Assembly: GCF_000698785.1 (NCBI RefSeq)
Contig: NZ_CP007536.1
Span: 1 to 32,000, forward strand
Reading direction: 5' to 3'
Length of the DNA stretch: 32,000 nucleotides
Source of the DNA: Nitrososphaera viennensis EN76
GTDB lineage: Archaea > Thermoproteota > Nitrososphaeria > Nitrososphaerales > Nitrososphaeraceae
This document shows, one piece after another, positions 8,563-17,028 of the stretch (positions within the stretch are counted from its first letter, which is position 1; every line of letters starts with the position of its first letter). The notes beneath the pieces were generated by a model. It searched no databases and was not told where the DNA came from. It worked only from the letters and a program-made list of their open reading frames with translations. Position numbers and translations under genes: made by a program.

Positions 8563-10092
8563 ATGTTCCGCAGCAGGATGGCCGGTAACGCCGGTAGTAG
8601 CAGCAACTACAAGGCACAGGAATTCCCCGAAGGGTTTGCGTGGCTCAACGCAGAAAAGCCGCTTTCCATGGCAGGCCTGAAGGGCCACGTGGTGGTGCTT
8701 GACTTTTGGACATACTGCTGCATAAACTGCATGCACACGCTTCCCACGCTCGACTGGCTGGAGAAAAAGTACCGCGGCCAGCCAGTGGTGTTCATCGGCG
8801 TTCATTCCGCGAAATTCTTTAACGAGCAGCAGGCGCAAAACGTGCAGGAGGCAATCGGCCGCTATGAAATAGGTCATCCTGTAGTAGTCGACCAGGAAAT
8901 GAAGATCTGGCGCTCGTACGGCGTCACTGCGTGGCCCACGATCGTAATAGTCGACCCGAAGTGCAATGTCGTGTACCAGCAGGCCGGCGAGGGCCAGCGC
9001 GACGAGCTTGACGACGTGATTGGCGTTCTGCTGGAGCGGCACCGTGCCGCAGGGACGCTTGCAAAAGAGCCAATCGAGATAGGGCATCCAAAGCAGGCGC
9101 AAAAGCGCGTGCTGTCGTACCCCGGCAAGCTTGCGTTTTCGCCGGATGGCAGGATGCTTGCGATAAGCGATTCAAACCACAACCGCGTGCTTGTCGTGGA
9201 TATTGAAAGCGGGAATCTGGTCCACAAGGTGGGAGGCACGGCGCGGGACCTGCGCGACGGCAGTTTTGAAGAGGCGCGCTTTTTCCGCCCACAGGGGCTT
9301 GCGTGGGCCGGGGACAGGATAATCTACGTCGCAGACACCGAGAACCACGCGCTCCGGGAAATCGACATTTCCGCAAAAACAGTCAGGACGCTTGCCGGCG
9401 ACGGCAGGCAGGGCGCGTGGATTTCAGGAGCTCAGGACGGCAAGATGACGCAGCTGAGCTCGCCCTGGGACCTTGCGTACTCTGACGGCTTTTTGTTCAT
9501 CGCGATGGCCGGCCTGCACCAGATATGGGCCTACCACATCGAGTCGGGCAAGATTGGCCCGTTTGCCGGCAGCGGCTATGAAAACATCGTCGACGGCTCT
9601 TTTTCAGAGGCCCAGTTTGCGCAGCCAAGCGGCCTTTCTATCTATGGGAACTTTTTGCTAGTCGCGGACAGCGAGGTGTCTGCGGTACGGCTCCTTGACT
9701 TTTCCAAAAAGACAGTGCAGACCGTGGTGGGCGAAGGCCTTTTCGAGTTTGGCTTTAAGGACGGCCCGCTTGCCTGGGCGCGCCTGCAGCACCCGCTGGG
9801 AGTCCACTGCGCAGGCAACAAGATCTATGTCGCCGACACGTACAACCATGCCGTGCGCCTCATAGACCTCGACACGCAGCAGGTATCGACCGTGGTGGGC
9901 AGGGCTGCTGCAGACAAGGCGATGATGATGTGCAGAATAGACGACCCTGCGTGCGACACGCTCGGGCTCTTCGAGCCTTCCGACGTCAAGCAGAAAGGAA
10001 ACACGCTGTACATCGCCGACACCAACAACCACCTTGTCAGGATGTTCGACCTCGACAAGATGGTGCTCAAGACGCTTGCCATAAAAGAATAG
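8563..10092 (+). CDS. thioredoxin-like domain + NHL-repeat beta-propeller protein (NHLRC2-like architecture)
   Basis: The N-terminal redoxin fold carries VVLDFWTYCCINCMHTLP. The C-terminal ~330 aa contain repeated NHL-type blades (YVADTENHALREID, YVADTYNHAVRLID, YIADTNNHLVRMFD). Confidence 0.85.
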   Translation: MFRSRMAGNAGSSSNYKAQEFPEGFAWLNAEKPLSMAGLKGHVVVLDFWTYCCINCMHTLPTLDWLEKKYRGQPVVFIGVHSAKFFNEQQAQNVQEAIGRYEIGHPVVVDQEMKIWRSYGVTAWPTIVIVDPKCNVVYQQAGEGQRDELDDVIGVLLERHRAAGTLAKEPIEIGHPKQAQKRVLSYPGKLAFSPDGRMLAISDSNHNRVLVVDIESGNLVHKVGGTARDLRDGSFEEARFFRPQGLAWAGDRIIYVADTENHALREIDISAKTVRTLAGDGRQGAWISGAQDGKMTQLSSPWDLAYSDGFLFIAMAGLHQIWAYHIESGKIGPFAGSGYENIVDGSFSEAQFAQPSGLSIYGNFLLVADSEVSAVRLLDFSKKTVQTVVGEGLFEFGFKDGPLAWARLQHPLGVHCAGNKIYVADTYNHAVRLIDLDTQQVSTVVGRAAADKAMMMCRIDDPACDTLGLFEPSDVKQKGNTLYIADTNNHLVRMFDLDKMVLKTLAIKE

Positions 10093-10141
10093 CAGCGGCA
10101 AGAAACCTTTTTCTGCGCTGCGCACAAACCTAGTCCCTGAG

Positions 10142-10774
10142 ATGTCATCGTCGTACCCATCTGACGTATTTTCCAGGCTCTACGCCGGCGAGGAAAGCGG
10201 CAAGCTGTACCCGAAGGAGGAGGTCGCGCAGCAGGCGCCGGAAGGCGTCGAGGACGTTCTTCAGACCAACATATTCAACGTGATGCTGAACCGCAGGTCG
10301 CAGCGCAAGTTCGAGGACAGGCAGGTGGAGGACTGGAAGATGGAAATGATATTTGCAGCCGCCGACACGGCACCAACCGCCGGCGGGTTTCAGGGGTTTG
10401 AGATATTCAACGTCAAAAAAGCAGACGTGAGGGCGAGGCTTGTCGAGGCCGCAAACAGGCAGCCGTACGTGAACGCGCCGGAGGTGCTCGTCTTTTGCAT
10501 GAACCCGCAAAGGGTGAAACTGAACTTTCCGCAGGACATAATCCGCAAGTTTTCCGTGCAGGACGCCACGCTTGCGGCCGCGTACGCGCAGCTTGCCGCG
10601 CACGCGCTTGGCCTGAGCACCGTCTGGATAGGCATGATAGACGAAAAGAAGGTCATGTCCGCGCTCGGCACGGACCTCGTGCCGTCCTCGATACTGTGCA
10701 TCGGCTACCCGCAAAAGATGCTGCAGCCAAAGCCAAAGCGCAACCTGGTGGAGCTAATACACACGGTTCAGTAG
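10142..10774 (+). CDS. nitroreductase family protein (210 aa)
   Basis: RRSQRKFEDRQV...AADTAPTAGGFQGFE...VQDATLAAAYAQLAAHALGLSTVWIG is typical of the nitroreductase fold. It is a diverged paralog of 1831-2433. Confidence 0.8.
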   Translation: MSSSYPSDVFSRLYAGEESGKLYPKEEVAQQAPEGVEDVLQTNIFNVMLNRRSQRKFEDRQVEDWKMEMIFAAADTAPTAGGFQGFEIFNVKKADVRARLVEAANRQPYVNAPEVLVFCMNPQRVKLNFPQDIIRKFSVQDATLAAAYAQLAAHALGLSTVWIGMIDEKKVMSALGTDLVPSSILCIGYPQKMLQPKPKRNLVELIHTVQ

Positions 10775-11598
10775 CCGGCGTCCATCATGAACACCAGCGT
10801 CTCTTCCCTCTTGGCGACGCTGGTCTTGTCGGCGCGCTTGACCTTGGTGTTGATGCGGACGTTGACGATGTCCTTGCCAAAGGCCACGTCGAGCCGGACG
10901 TCGACCCCGCCGGGCACCCACGCGTCGTCCTGAGCGTGGTCCAGCACGACCCCGTCCATCGGCACTATCACCTTGCTTATCTTGACCACGTTGTCGATGG
11001 CGTTGCTTATCCGGATCCTTACCGTGGCCTCTGTGTACTTTTCTGCGCAAATGCCGTCTTCCGTGGTACTGGTCTCTGACTCGAAAAAGCGGCAGACCGT
11101 GCCGGCCTCCGGCGAACCGTACAGAGCGTATCTCTGGAGCGAAAGGGAAAACGCGTCTATCAGTAGCTCTTCGTCTTCCGACTGGCGGTACACGCCTATC
11201 TCTATTGGGATCTTTGTGTACACGACTGCGTCGCTCCTCTGGTCCATCACGACTGGCGACCTGAACTTGATGTACATGTTCTTGGCCACTTGCTTTGGGG
11301 TGAGGAGCGGGGCTATGGGAAAGATGCCCACGACTATGCCGTCGTCCTTGTCGGAGACTATGGTAGTCTCTGCGGCAAGCGCGCCTGCAGCGTAGCGCTT
11401 GTACGAGTACGCGCCGGCGGCTCCTCCGGCGATGACTATTTTCTGGTTCCGGAACGTTATTTCAAGCGGCTCCGACCCCGCCTTGACCTTGTGGCGCCCA
11501 AACAGCTCCTGCAACAAACACCTGTGACAACGGAACCAATGATTTGTAAATGTTTTCCACCCGGAGGCTTTGTTTAAAAGTGACTTAGCCACGCTCAA
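10768..11598 (-). CDS. conserved hypothetical protein (up to 276 aa), family uncertain
   Basis: A long ORF with host-like composition. There is no in-frame ATG at the N-terminus: TTG at 11598, or TTG at 11517/11514 preceded by the TATA-like ATTTACAAAT 24 nt upstream. It may belong to an archaeal DUF family, but I cannot name one confidently. Confidence 0.55.
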   Translation of the reverse strand: MSVAKSLLNKASGWKTFTNHWFRCHRCLLQELFGRHKVKAGSEPLEITFRNQKIVIAGGAAGAYSYKRYAAGALAAETTIVSDKDDGIVVGIFPIAPLLTPKQVAKNMYIKFRSPVVMDQRSDAVVYTKIPIEIGVYRQSEDEELLIDAFSLSLQRYALYGSPEAGTVCRFFESETSTTEDGICAEKYTEATVRIRISNAIDNVVKISKVIVPMDGVVLDHAQDDAWVPGGVDVRLDVAFGKDIVNVRINTKVKRADKTSVAKREETLVFMMDAGY

Positions 11599-11635
11599 TC
11601 AGTATCATAAGTTCAAGATTCCCACGCTCAACTTC

Positions 11636-11646
11636 TGACTTTTTGC
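11636..11646 (+). repeat. 11-mer TGACTTTTTGC, copy 1
   Basis: An exact 11-nt repeat with 11743-11753, inside the 362-nt ORF-free spacer upstream of corA. Confidence 0.6.
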
Positions 11647-11742
11647 ACAAAGCCCCACCCGGAAAAATGTGGAGAGAGAAAAACGCGGGAATGATCTGGG
11701 AGTAAGATTTTGTACGCGATCATGATTTTTCAAAAGCGCCTT

Positions 11743-11753
11743 TGACTTTTTGC
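11743..11753 (+). repeat. 11-mer TGACTTTTTGC, copy 2
   Basis: An exact 11-nt repeat with 11636-11646. Confidence 0.6.
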
Positions 11754-11799
11754 CAGCGCGCAGAAGCATCATTAATCTTGCAAGGGCTGACACACGTCA

Positions 11800-11846
11800 T
11801 GCGTGGGAAGAGTAGAATCTGCTGCGTGGGTTGCGCCTGAATCTGC
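11800..11846 (+). repeat. two directly abutting 23/24-nt units: TGCGTGGG-N7-GAATCTGC | TGCGTGGG-N8-GAATCTGC
   Basis: Read directly from the sequence. Unit 1 is 11800-11822 and unit 2 is 11823-11846. Both 8-mers are conserved and the centre is variable. Confidence 0.7.
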
Positions 11847-11922
11847 ACCAGTACTCTCGACAGTGGAGCCTGCATTGCGCCTCCGCGCGGGGCGTGCGGC
11901 AACATACATACACAGCAACAGC

Positions 11923-11934
11923 TTTTTTCAATAT
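11923..11934 (+). promoter_or_regulatory. TATA-like TTTTTTCAATAT, 27 nt upstream of the corA ATG
   Basis: Its position relative to ATG 11961 is consistent with a leaderless transcript. Confidence 0.4.
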
Positions 11935-11960
11935 CCGTAGTGGATGTGTGATAGCTGGAC

Positions 11961-12896
11961 ATGCTCAGGCAGCTGGAAAACGAGGGCTTTGTGTGGGTGG
12001 ACATTTCTGCGCCCACCCGCGAGGACATGCGCGAGCTTGGCCGGCGCTTTTCGTTCCACGAGCTGAACCTGGCAGACTGCGTCTCTAAAATCCAGATACC
12101 AAAAATCGACCGCTACAAGACTCACGTCTTTGTCATACTGCACTTTCCGGCCGTGGCGCAAGAGCGCGTGCCAAAGCCAAGCCAGCTTGCAGCGTTCCTT
12201 GGCCTGGGCTACCTCGTGACGGTGCATCAGGAAGACCTGAAGACCGTGACGGATACGTTTGACGCGTGCGAAAGGAGCGAGGGCGTGCGCAAGGAGCTGA
12301 TGGGCAGGTCGGCCGGCTACCTGTACCACAGCCTGGTCGACGCGCTCGTGGACGAGCTCTTGAACAACGTCCGCAAGATAATGGGCAACATGGAAGACAT
12401 CGAGGACGCCGTCTTTGACGAGCGGGTGGCAGTGGCCCGCGAGATCTCGTACCTGCGCAGGGAAGTCACGTCGCTTCGGCGCATAGCGATTCCCATGAGG
12501 CGGACGCTTGCAGAGCTGGTGGCAAAGGACGTCCAGCGCTTTTCGGAAGAGGACCTCACCCTGTACTACGACGACGTGCAGGACCACATCGACAAGGTGA
12601 TAGAGACGCTCGAAGAGTCCAAGGACACCATAGAGATCTTCAAGGACACCGACTTTATGCACAGCAGCGACAGGTCCAACAAGATACTTGCGGTGCTCAC
12701 GATAATATTCACGCTTTCCATGCCGGCGTCCATAGTGGGCTCGTTCTACGGGATGAACGTGCCGATACCCGGCGGCACAGAGAACGGGCCGTGGACGTTC
12801 CTTGGGCCGTACACCGCCTTTGCGCTAATCGTCCTTGCGTCAAGCGCGTCTGCAGGGGCGATGATGGTGTATTTCCGCCGGCTCGGGTGGATCTAA
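11961..12896 (+). CDS. corA: CorA-family magnesium/cobalt transporter
   Basis: Signature YGMNV (GMN motif) lies between two C-terminal TM helices, after a long cytoplasmic N-terminal domain. Length is 311 aa. Confidence 0.9.
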   Translation: MLRQLENEGFVWVDISAPTREDMRELGRRFSFHELNLADCVSKIQIPKIDRYKTHVFVILHFPAVAQERVPKPSQLAAFLGLGYLVTVHQEDLKTVTDTFDACERSEGVRKELMGRSAGYLYHSLVDALVDELLNNVRKIMGNMEDIEDAVFDERVAVAREISYLRREVTSLRRIAIPMRRTLAELVAKDVQRFSEEDLTLYYDDVQDHIDKVIETLEESKDTIEIFKDTDFMHSSDRSNKILAVLTIIFTLSMPASIVGSFYGMNVPIPGGTENGPWTFLGPYTAFALIVLASSASAGAMMVYFRRLGWI

Positions 12897-12963
12897 AAAT
12901 AAAATATGTACATATACAAGAAGGGCCTCTATGTGAGCTGCCTTGGCGGCAGAAGAATCAGCT

Positions 12964-13920
12964 ATGTCCAATAACACCGCGACATCGATCTTTGGGCTTC
13001 CAAGCACGATTGACATCTTTGGAGTCCAGGTGACGCCGTTTGCCATCATACTCACGATTGCGATAATCGTCGCCGGCTTTGCAATAGCGCACGGAGTCCG
13101 GCTCGTCACGCTAAAGTACCTGGGCACGCGCCTGCCGCCCGACGCAAGGAAGGCGACCGGCAGGACCGTCTATTACGGCATAATAGCCGTGGCGCTGCTC
13201 TCGGCGCTTGGGGTCTCTGGCCTCGACCTCTCCGGCCTGTTCCTTGCAGGCGGCTTTGCCGGCATCATCGTAGGCTTTGCCACGCAGTCGCTGTTCTCAA
13301 ACCTGATTTCGGGCATATTCCTGCAAATCGACAAGCCGATGAAGATAGGAGACCCCGTTCTCATAACGGGCAAGCTACCTGACGTCGCCGGCGTGGTGGT
13401 GGAGGTGACGGCGCTCTCATCGCGCCTGCGCATGTTCGACGGGACGTACGTGCGCCTGCCAAACAGCGACGTCTTTCTGTCGGAGATCCGCAACTTTTCC
13501 GGCGCCGCAGCGCGCAGGGTCGAGCTCGTGATAGGGGTCTCGTACGACTCGGACGCGCAAAAGGCAATCGGCATCATCCGGCAGAGCCTGAAGGGCACGC
13601 CGCTGGTGCTCGTCGAGCCCGAGCCCGACGTGTACGTGGACAACCTCGGCGCCTCGGCCGTCAACATCAACATCTGGTGCTGGGTGCCGTTTACCGTGTG
13701 GTTTGACATGAGAAAGCTGCTTGTCGAGCAGATAAAGAGGGAGCTTGAAACAAACGGGATCGAGATACCCTTTCCGCAGCAGGTCGTCCATATTAAACAA
13801 GATAGGAGGAAAAAGGCTCCAAAAATGGGCGCGCCAAGAAATAGCGATACCGTGCCGCCTGCTGCTAGTTTCGATTCTAGCGCCGGCGTGAACCTGGACG
13901 AAGTAGCAGACAATGACTAG
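12964..13920 (+). CDS. small-conductance mechanosensitive channel (MscS family)
   Basis: Three N-terminal TM helices are followed by GFATQSLFSNLISGIFLQIDKPMKIGDPV and a beta domain, typical of MscS. The start could instead be TTG 12943, which lies 28 nt after the AT-rich palindrome ATATGTACATAT at 12904-12915. Confidence 0.85.
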   Translation: MSNNTATSIFGLPSTIDIFGVQVTPFAIILTIAIIVAGFAIAHGVRLVTLKYLGTRLPPDARKATGRTVYYGIIAVALLSALGVSGLDLSGLFLAGGFAGIIVGFATQSLFSNLISGIFLQIDKPMKIGDPVLITGKLPDVAGVVVEVTALSSRLRMFDGTYVRLPNSDVFLSEIRNFSGAAARRVELVIGVSYDSDAQKAIGIIRQSLKGTPLVLVEPEPDVYVDNLGASAVNINIWCWVPFTVWFDMRKLLVEQIKRELETNGIEIPFPQQVVHIKQDRRKKAPKMGAPRNSDTVPPAASFDSSAGVNLDEVADND

Positions 13921-13958
13921 CACAAGGGATACAAGCGCGGCCTGCAATTAGCAGGGCG

Positions 13959-15143
13959 TTGGTCGAAGAGGGAGAAAAAGAAAAGGCCGGCCGCAGAAAC
14001 GTCTACGCGCTAGGCTTTGTCAGCTTTTTCACCGACGTCTCGTCAGAGATGGTCTTTGCGCTGCTTCCCCTGTTCCTCACGGGGCCGCTTGGGGCGTCGC
14101 GCACGCTCCTTGGGCTCATAGAGGGCGTGGGCGAGATGCTCGGCTACACTGTCAGGATGGGCTCTGGGGCGCTCTCCGACAGGACGCAGAGGCGCAAGCC
14201 CTTGGTGGCGCTTGGCTACTCGCTTTCGGCCGCAAGCAAGCCCTTCTTTGGCGCGGCCGCCGGCTGGGCCGACGCCTTTGTGGTGCGCTCGCTTGACAGG
14301 GTTGGAAAAGGCGTGCGCACCGCGCCACGCGACGCGCTGATAAGCGAGTCGGCGCCGGAGGCCAAGGTCGGCCGGGCGTTTGGCATCCACCGCTCGATGG
14401 ACCATGCCGGCGCAATAGTCGGGCCCGCGCTGGCGTTTGCGCTGTTTCCGTACGTCGGGTTCCAGGGCGTGTTTTACGCATCCATCTTGCCCGGCGCGCT
14501 TGCAGTCGCAGTGCTCGTGCTGTCTGTCAAGGAGCGCATTGCGCCCTCCTCTTCTTCAAAGCCGCGGTCGATGTCTGCAAACGTCCGGGCAGTCCTTTCG
14601 CAGAGGAGGTTTGTCGCCCTGCTTGCAATAATGGCCGTCTTTGGCGTCGGCGCGTTCAACTTTTCGTTCGTGCTCGTACGCGCGTCGGACCTCGGCGTCC
14701 CGGACGGCTCGGTGGCGCTCGTCTACCTTGCGATAAATGTGGCCCACGCTGCCATCGGATACCCTGCCGGCGCGCTTGCAGACAGGGCAGGCAAGGAAAA
14801 GATGCTCGTACTTGCGTACGGCGTGTTTGCGGCAAGCGCGTTCTTGATGCTTGCAAGCGCGGACGCGGCGCAGGCGTACGTGCTTGCCTTGGTGTACGGC
14901 GCCTATGTGGGAATAGCCGAGACCGTCCAGCGTGCAGTGATTCCCCGGTACGTGGCAGCAAGCGAGCACCGCGGCACTGCCTATGGGCTTTACAACCTGG
15001 TCGCGGGCTTTTCATTCCTTGCCGCAAACGTAGTGTTTGGGTTCCTGCTCGACTCGTCGGGGATTGGTATTGCCGCGACCTACAGCATCATCACGTCTGC
15101 ACTGGCGGCCGCTGCCATGGTTGCATTCATCGTCAAAAAGTGA
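13959..15143 (+). CDS. MFS transporter
   Basis: About 12 hydrophobic segments. The loop 2-3 motif GALSDRTQRRKP matches MFS motif A. TTG start with no ATG at the N-terminus. Confidence 0.8.
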   Translation: MVEEGEKEKAGRRNVYALGFVSFFTDVSSEMVFALLPLFLTGPLGASRTLLGLIEGVGEMLGYTVRMGSGALSDRTQRRKPLVALGYSLSAASKPFFGAAAGWADAFVVRSLDRVGKGVRTAPRDALISESAPEAKVGRAFGIHRSMDHAGAIVGPALAFALFPYVGFQGVFYASILPGALAVAVLVLSVKERIAPSSSSKPRSMSANVRAVLSQRRFVALLAIMAVFGVGAFNFSFVLVRASDLGVPDGSVALVYLAINVAHAAIGYPAGALADRAGKEKMLVLAYGVFAASAFLMLASADAAQAYVLALVYGAYVGIAETVQRAVIPRYVAASEHRGTAYGLYNLVAGFSFLAANVVFGFLLDSSGIGIAATYSIITSALAAAAMVAFIVKK

Positions 15144-15151
15144 TTGTTATA

Positions 15152-16015
15152 CTACTTGGCCTTTTTCAGGGCTTTTACCACGCTTGCAAGCTCGCCCGCT
15201 ACCTTGTCGGCGTCTACCTTTGGTATCTTTCCAGTCTCAAACACTGCCTCTCGCTTTATCGCCTTCTTGCTACCCTTTATCAGCTCGATGTCAAAATACG
15301 TGCAGACGCCCTCCTCGCCCTGCATCAGCCTGTTGTAGTCTATCGGCACGGCTGATGTTTGATACAATTCTATCATCAGGTCGTTGAGCTCTGCAAATAG
15401 CGCGTTCTTTCTCTCGCCCATTTTTTGGAACTCGGCCTGGCCTTCCACCGACGCGGCCTTTTTGTCAAGCTCCTCTGCCAGCTTTTCGTCTTCAAACATC
15501 TTGGAAAACAGGCCCTCAAAGTCCATTTCTGCCAGGCCGCGCTTTTCAAGCTCCTGCCCAAGCGCCCTGTCGGCGCTGTCCCTGATGTTGCCGTACAGCG
15601 CGGTCGCATCATCCGCGATCTTGGCAAGCTCTTTCTGGACCTCTATCACGCGCTTGTCGGCCTTGTAGTACGGCAGCGCGTGGAACTGGATGCCAAAGTA
15701 GCCAGAGATGTAGTACTTGTTGCCAACGTCCCTGCTGAACTGGCAGAACAGCCTGTGGAGGTCGTCGGTGACCGACTTTGAAATGCCGCCTGCAAGCCAG
15801 CCTTCCATCCTGTTTGTCAGCCTCTGGTAGAACGTCTGCACGTTCTGCGGGTCAAAGGTGTCTGTCTGCGTAACGGTGCCGTCCCCAAGCATCGCGTGCG
15901 ACTTTTGCATGGCTATTGCGGGCTTGACTGCCTCAAGGAACTCTGCCTGGATGTTCTCAAATGCCGCGTTTGCTTGCTTGCTGAAATAGTCCGTGCCCTT
16001 GAGCGGGAGCCTCAT
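15152..16015 (-). CDS. hypothetical protein (287 aa), mostly helical/charged C-terminal half
   Basis: ATG start at 16013-16015, 26 nt downstream of a minus-strand TATA-like box. Host-like GC. No family recognised. Confidence 0.6.
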   Translation of the reverse strand: MRLPLKGTDYFSKQANAAFENIQAEFLEAVKPAIAMQKSHAMLGDGTVTQTDTFDPQNVQTFYQRLTNRMEGWLAGGISKSVTDDLHRLFCQFSRDVGNKYYISGYFGIQFHALPYYKADKRVIEVQKELAKIADDATALYGNIRDSADRALGQELEKRGLAEMDFEGLFSKMFEDEKLAEELDKKAASVEGQAEFQKMGERKNALFAELNDLMIELYQTSAVPIDYNRLMQGEEGVCTYFDIELIKGSKKAIKREAVFETGKIPKVDADKVAGELASVVKALKKAK

Positions 16016-16035
16016 CCTTGCCGTGGTGTGCTAGT

Positions 16036-16056
16036 CCTGACATATAATCTCAATGA
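16036..16056 (+). repeat. left copy of imperfect direct repeat CCTGACATATAATCTCAATGA (core TCTCAATGA 16048-16056)
   Basis: It matches 17455-17476 (CCGGACAGCAAATTCTCAATGA): a perfect 9-nt core plus CCKGACA upstream. Confidence 0.55.
16041..16048 (-). promoter_or_regulatory. TATA-like ATTATATG (minus strand) for the 287-aa gene
   Basis: Lies 26 nt upstream of the ATG at 16015 on the minus strand. Confidence 0.45.
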
Positions 16057-16337
16057 ATCTATCGATGAAAAAAATCTGAACACAAGAACGCTCTGGTTTT
16101 CTTGCCTACTGTCCTATTGGTAACGCAATTTGGATAAAGCGATCTCTTGGATAGACATTTTGAATACCTAGGCACGGACTGTCAGGATTCGTTTATGTCC
16201 AGACCTTCATCTGTTTTGTAGACAACTCCAATAACCTAGTGAGAAGATATGCTGTAAAGATAAGGAGATAAAGCCTATTGAGATGTCATGAGGACCAAAA
16301 TCTCTTATAGGCATATGGACAACTAGTATTACGCATA

Positions 16338-17015
16338 ATGGCTCTCGTAATGGAAAGACTGACACCTGTAGATGCAAATATTATTCGTAAGAATGACGAG
16401 AAGTCATTGAAATCCCTTTTACCAAAATTACAGGATAGAATTGCGGCTCGAGTATTGCTTAAGGGAATGAATAATACTATTGACTCTATCCTTAAAGCAA
16501 AGAGGGAGAAAATAGAATCCACTTTCGACGATTCCCTTGATTCCTTTATCATAATGGCGGGTGGTTTGGTGGAATTGGTTGCAAAGAACAATAGGACTAG
16601 AATGATAGAAATTATTCAATCAGATATTGCCTTTTATGATAATGTGAAAACTGATGCAAATAGAAGGGCCGATCTTGACGATAAAGTCATCGAAGATATT
16701 GTTCGTATGATTTCTATTTTGGAAGACTATCAAAATGTAATAATTGCTATTCAGACAAACCGACCCAAAGAATTTGACAAGGCTCTCGAACAAATTGATG
16801 GACTTGACCTACTAAAGTCGCTCTATGGGACAATGCTTGCAATATTTTGTATAGCCAAACTTCTGAATAACAAGAAACATCGTGATACTGGCAAGCTTGA
16901 AACCCTGGTACAACAGGGTCTTTCCCACGCTGAAAATCTGGATGCATATACAGACACTATGGATATACTTAGCAATCCTGAAGAAGTGGCACTTCTTAAG
17001 GAAGAAACATCCTAG
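16338..17015 (+). CDS. hypothetical all-helical protein (225 aa) in antitoxin position; C-terminal YefM/Phd-like motif
   Basis: ATG lies 27 nt after the TATA-like TCTTATAGG. The gene ends 13 nt before the RelE-like gene. The C-terminal DTMDILSNPEEVALLKE resembles the ET-x-x-(I/L)L-(R/S)-(S/N)-P-x(4)-L motif of YefM/Phd antitoxins. The remaining ~195 aa are unrecognised. Confidence 0.55.
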   Translation: MALVMERLTPVDANIIRKNDEKSLKSLLPKLQDRIAARVLLKGMNNTIDSILKAKREKIESTFDDSLDSFIIMAGGLVELVAKNNRTRMIEIIQSDIAFYDNVKTDANRRADLDDKVIEDIVRMISILEDYQNVIIAIQTNRPKEFDKALEQIDGLDLLKSLYGTMLAIFCIAKLLNNKKHRDTGKLETLVQQGLSHAENLDAYTDTMDILSNPEEVALLKEETS

Positions 17016-17028
17016 TCTTTGAGTTCTT

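Noticed and set aside
8410-9102. Long antisense ORFs inside recognised genes. Examples are 8410-9102(-), 11928-12662(-), 13173-13913(-), 17691-18233(-), 19723-20637(+), 21347-21997(-), 22866-23552(-) and 27537-28313(-).
   Set aside because: Each lies opposite a gene with clear family motifs. Their translations are R/A/S/L-rich low-complexity sequence, typical of shadow ORFs in GC-rich coding DNA. None has its own promoter-like spacing.
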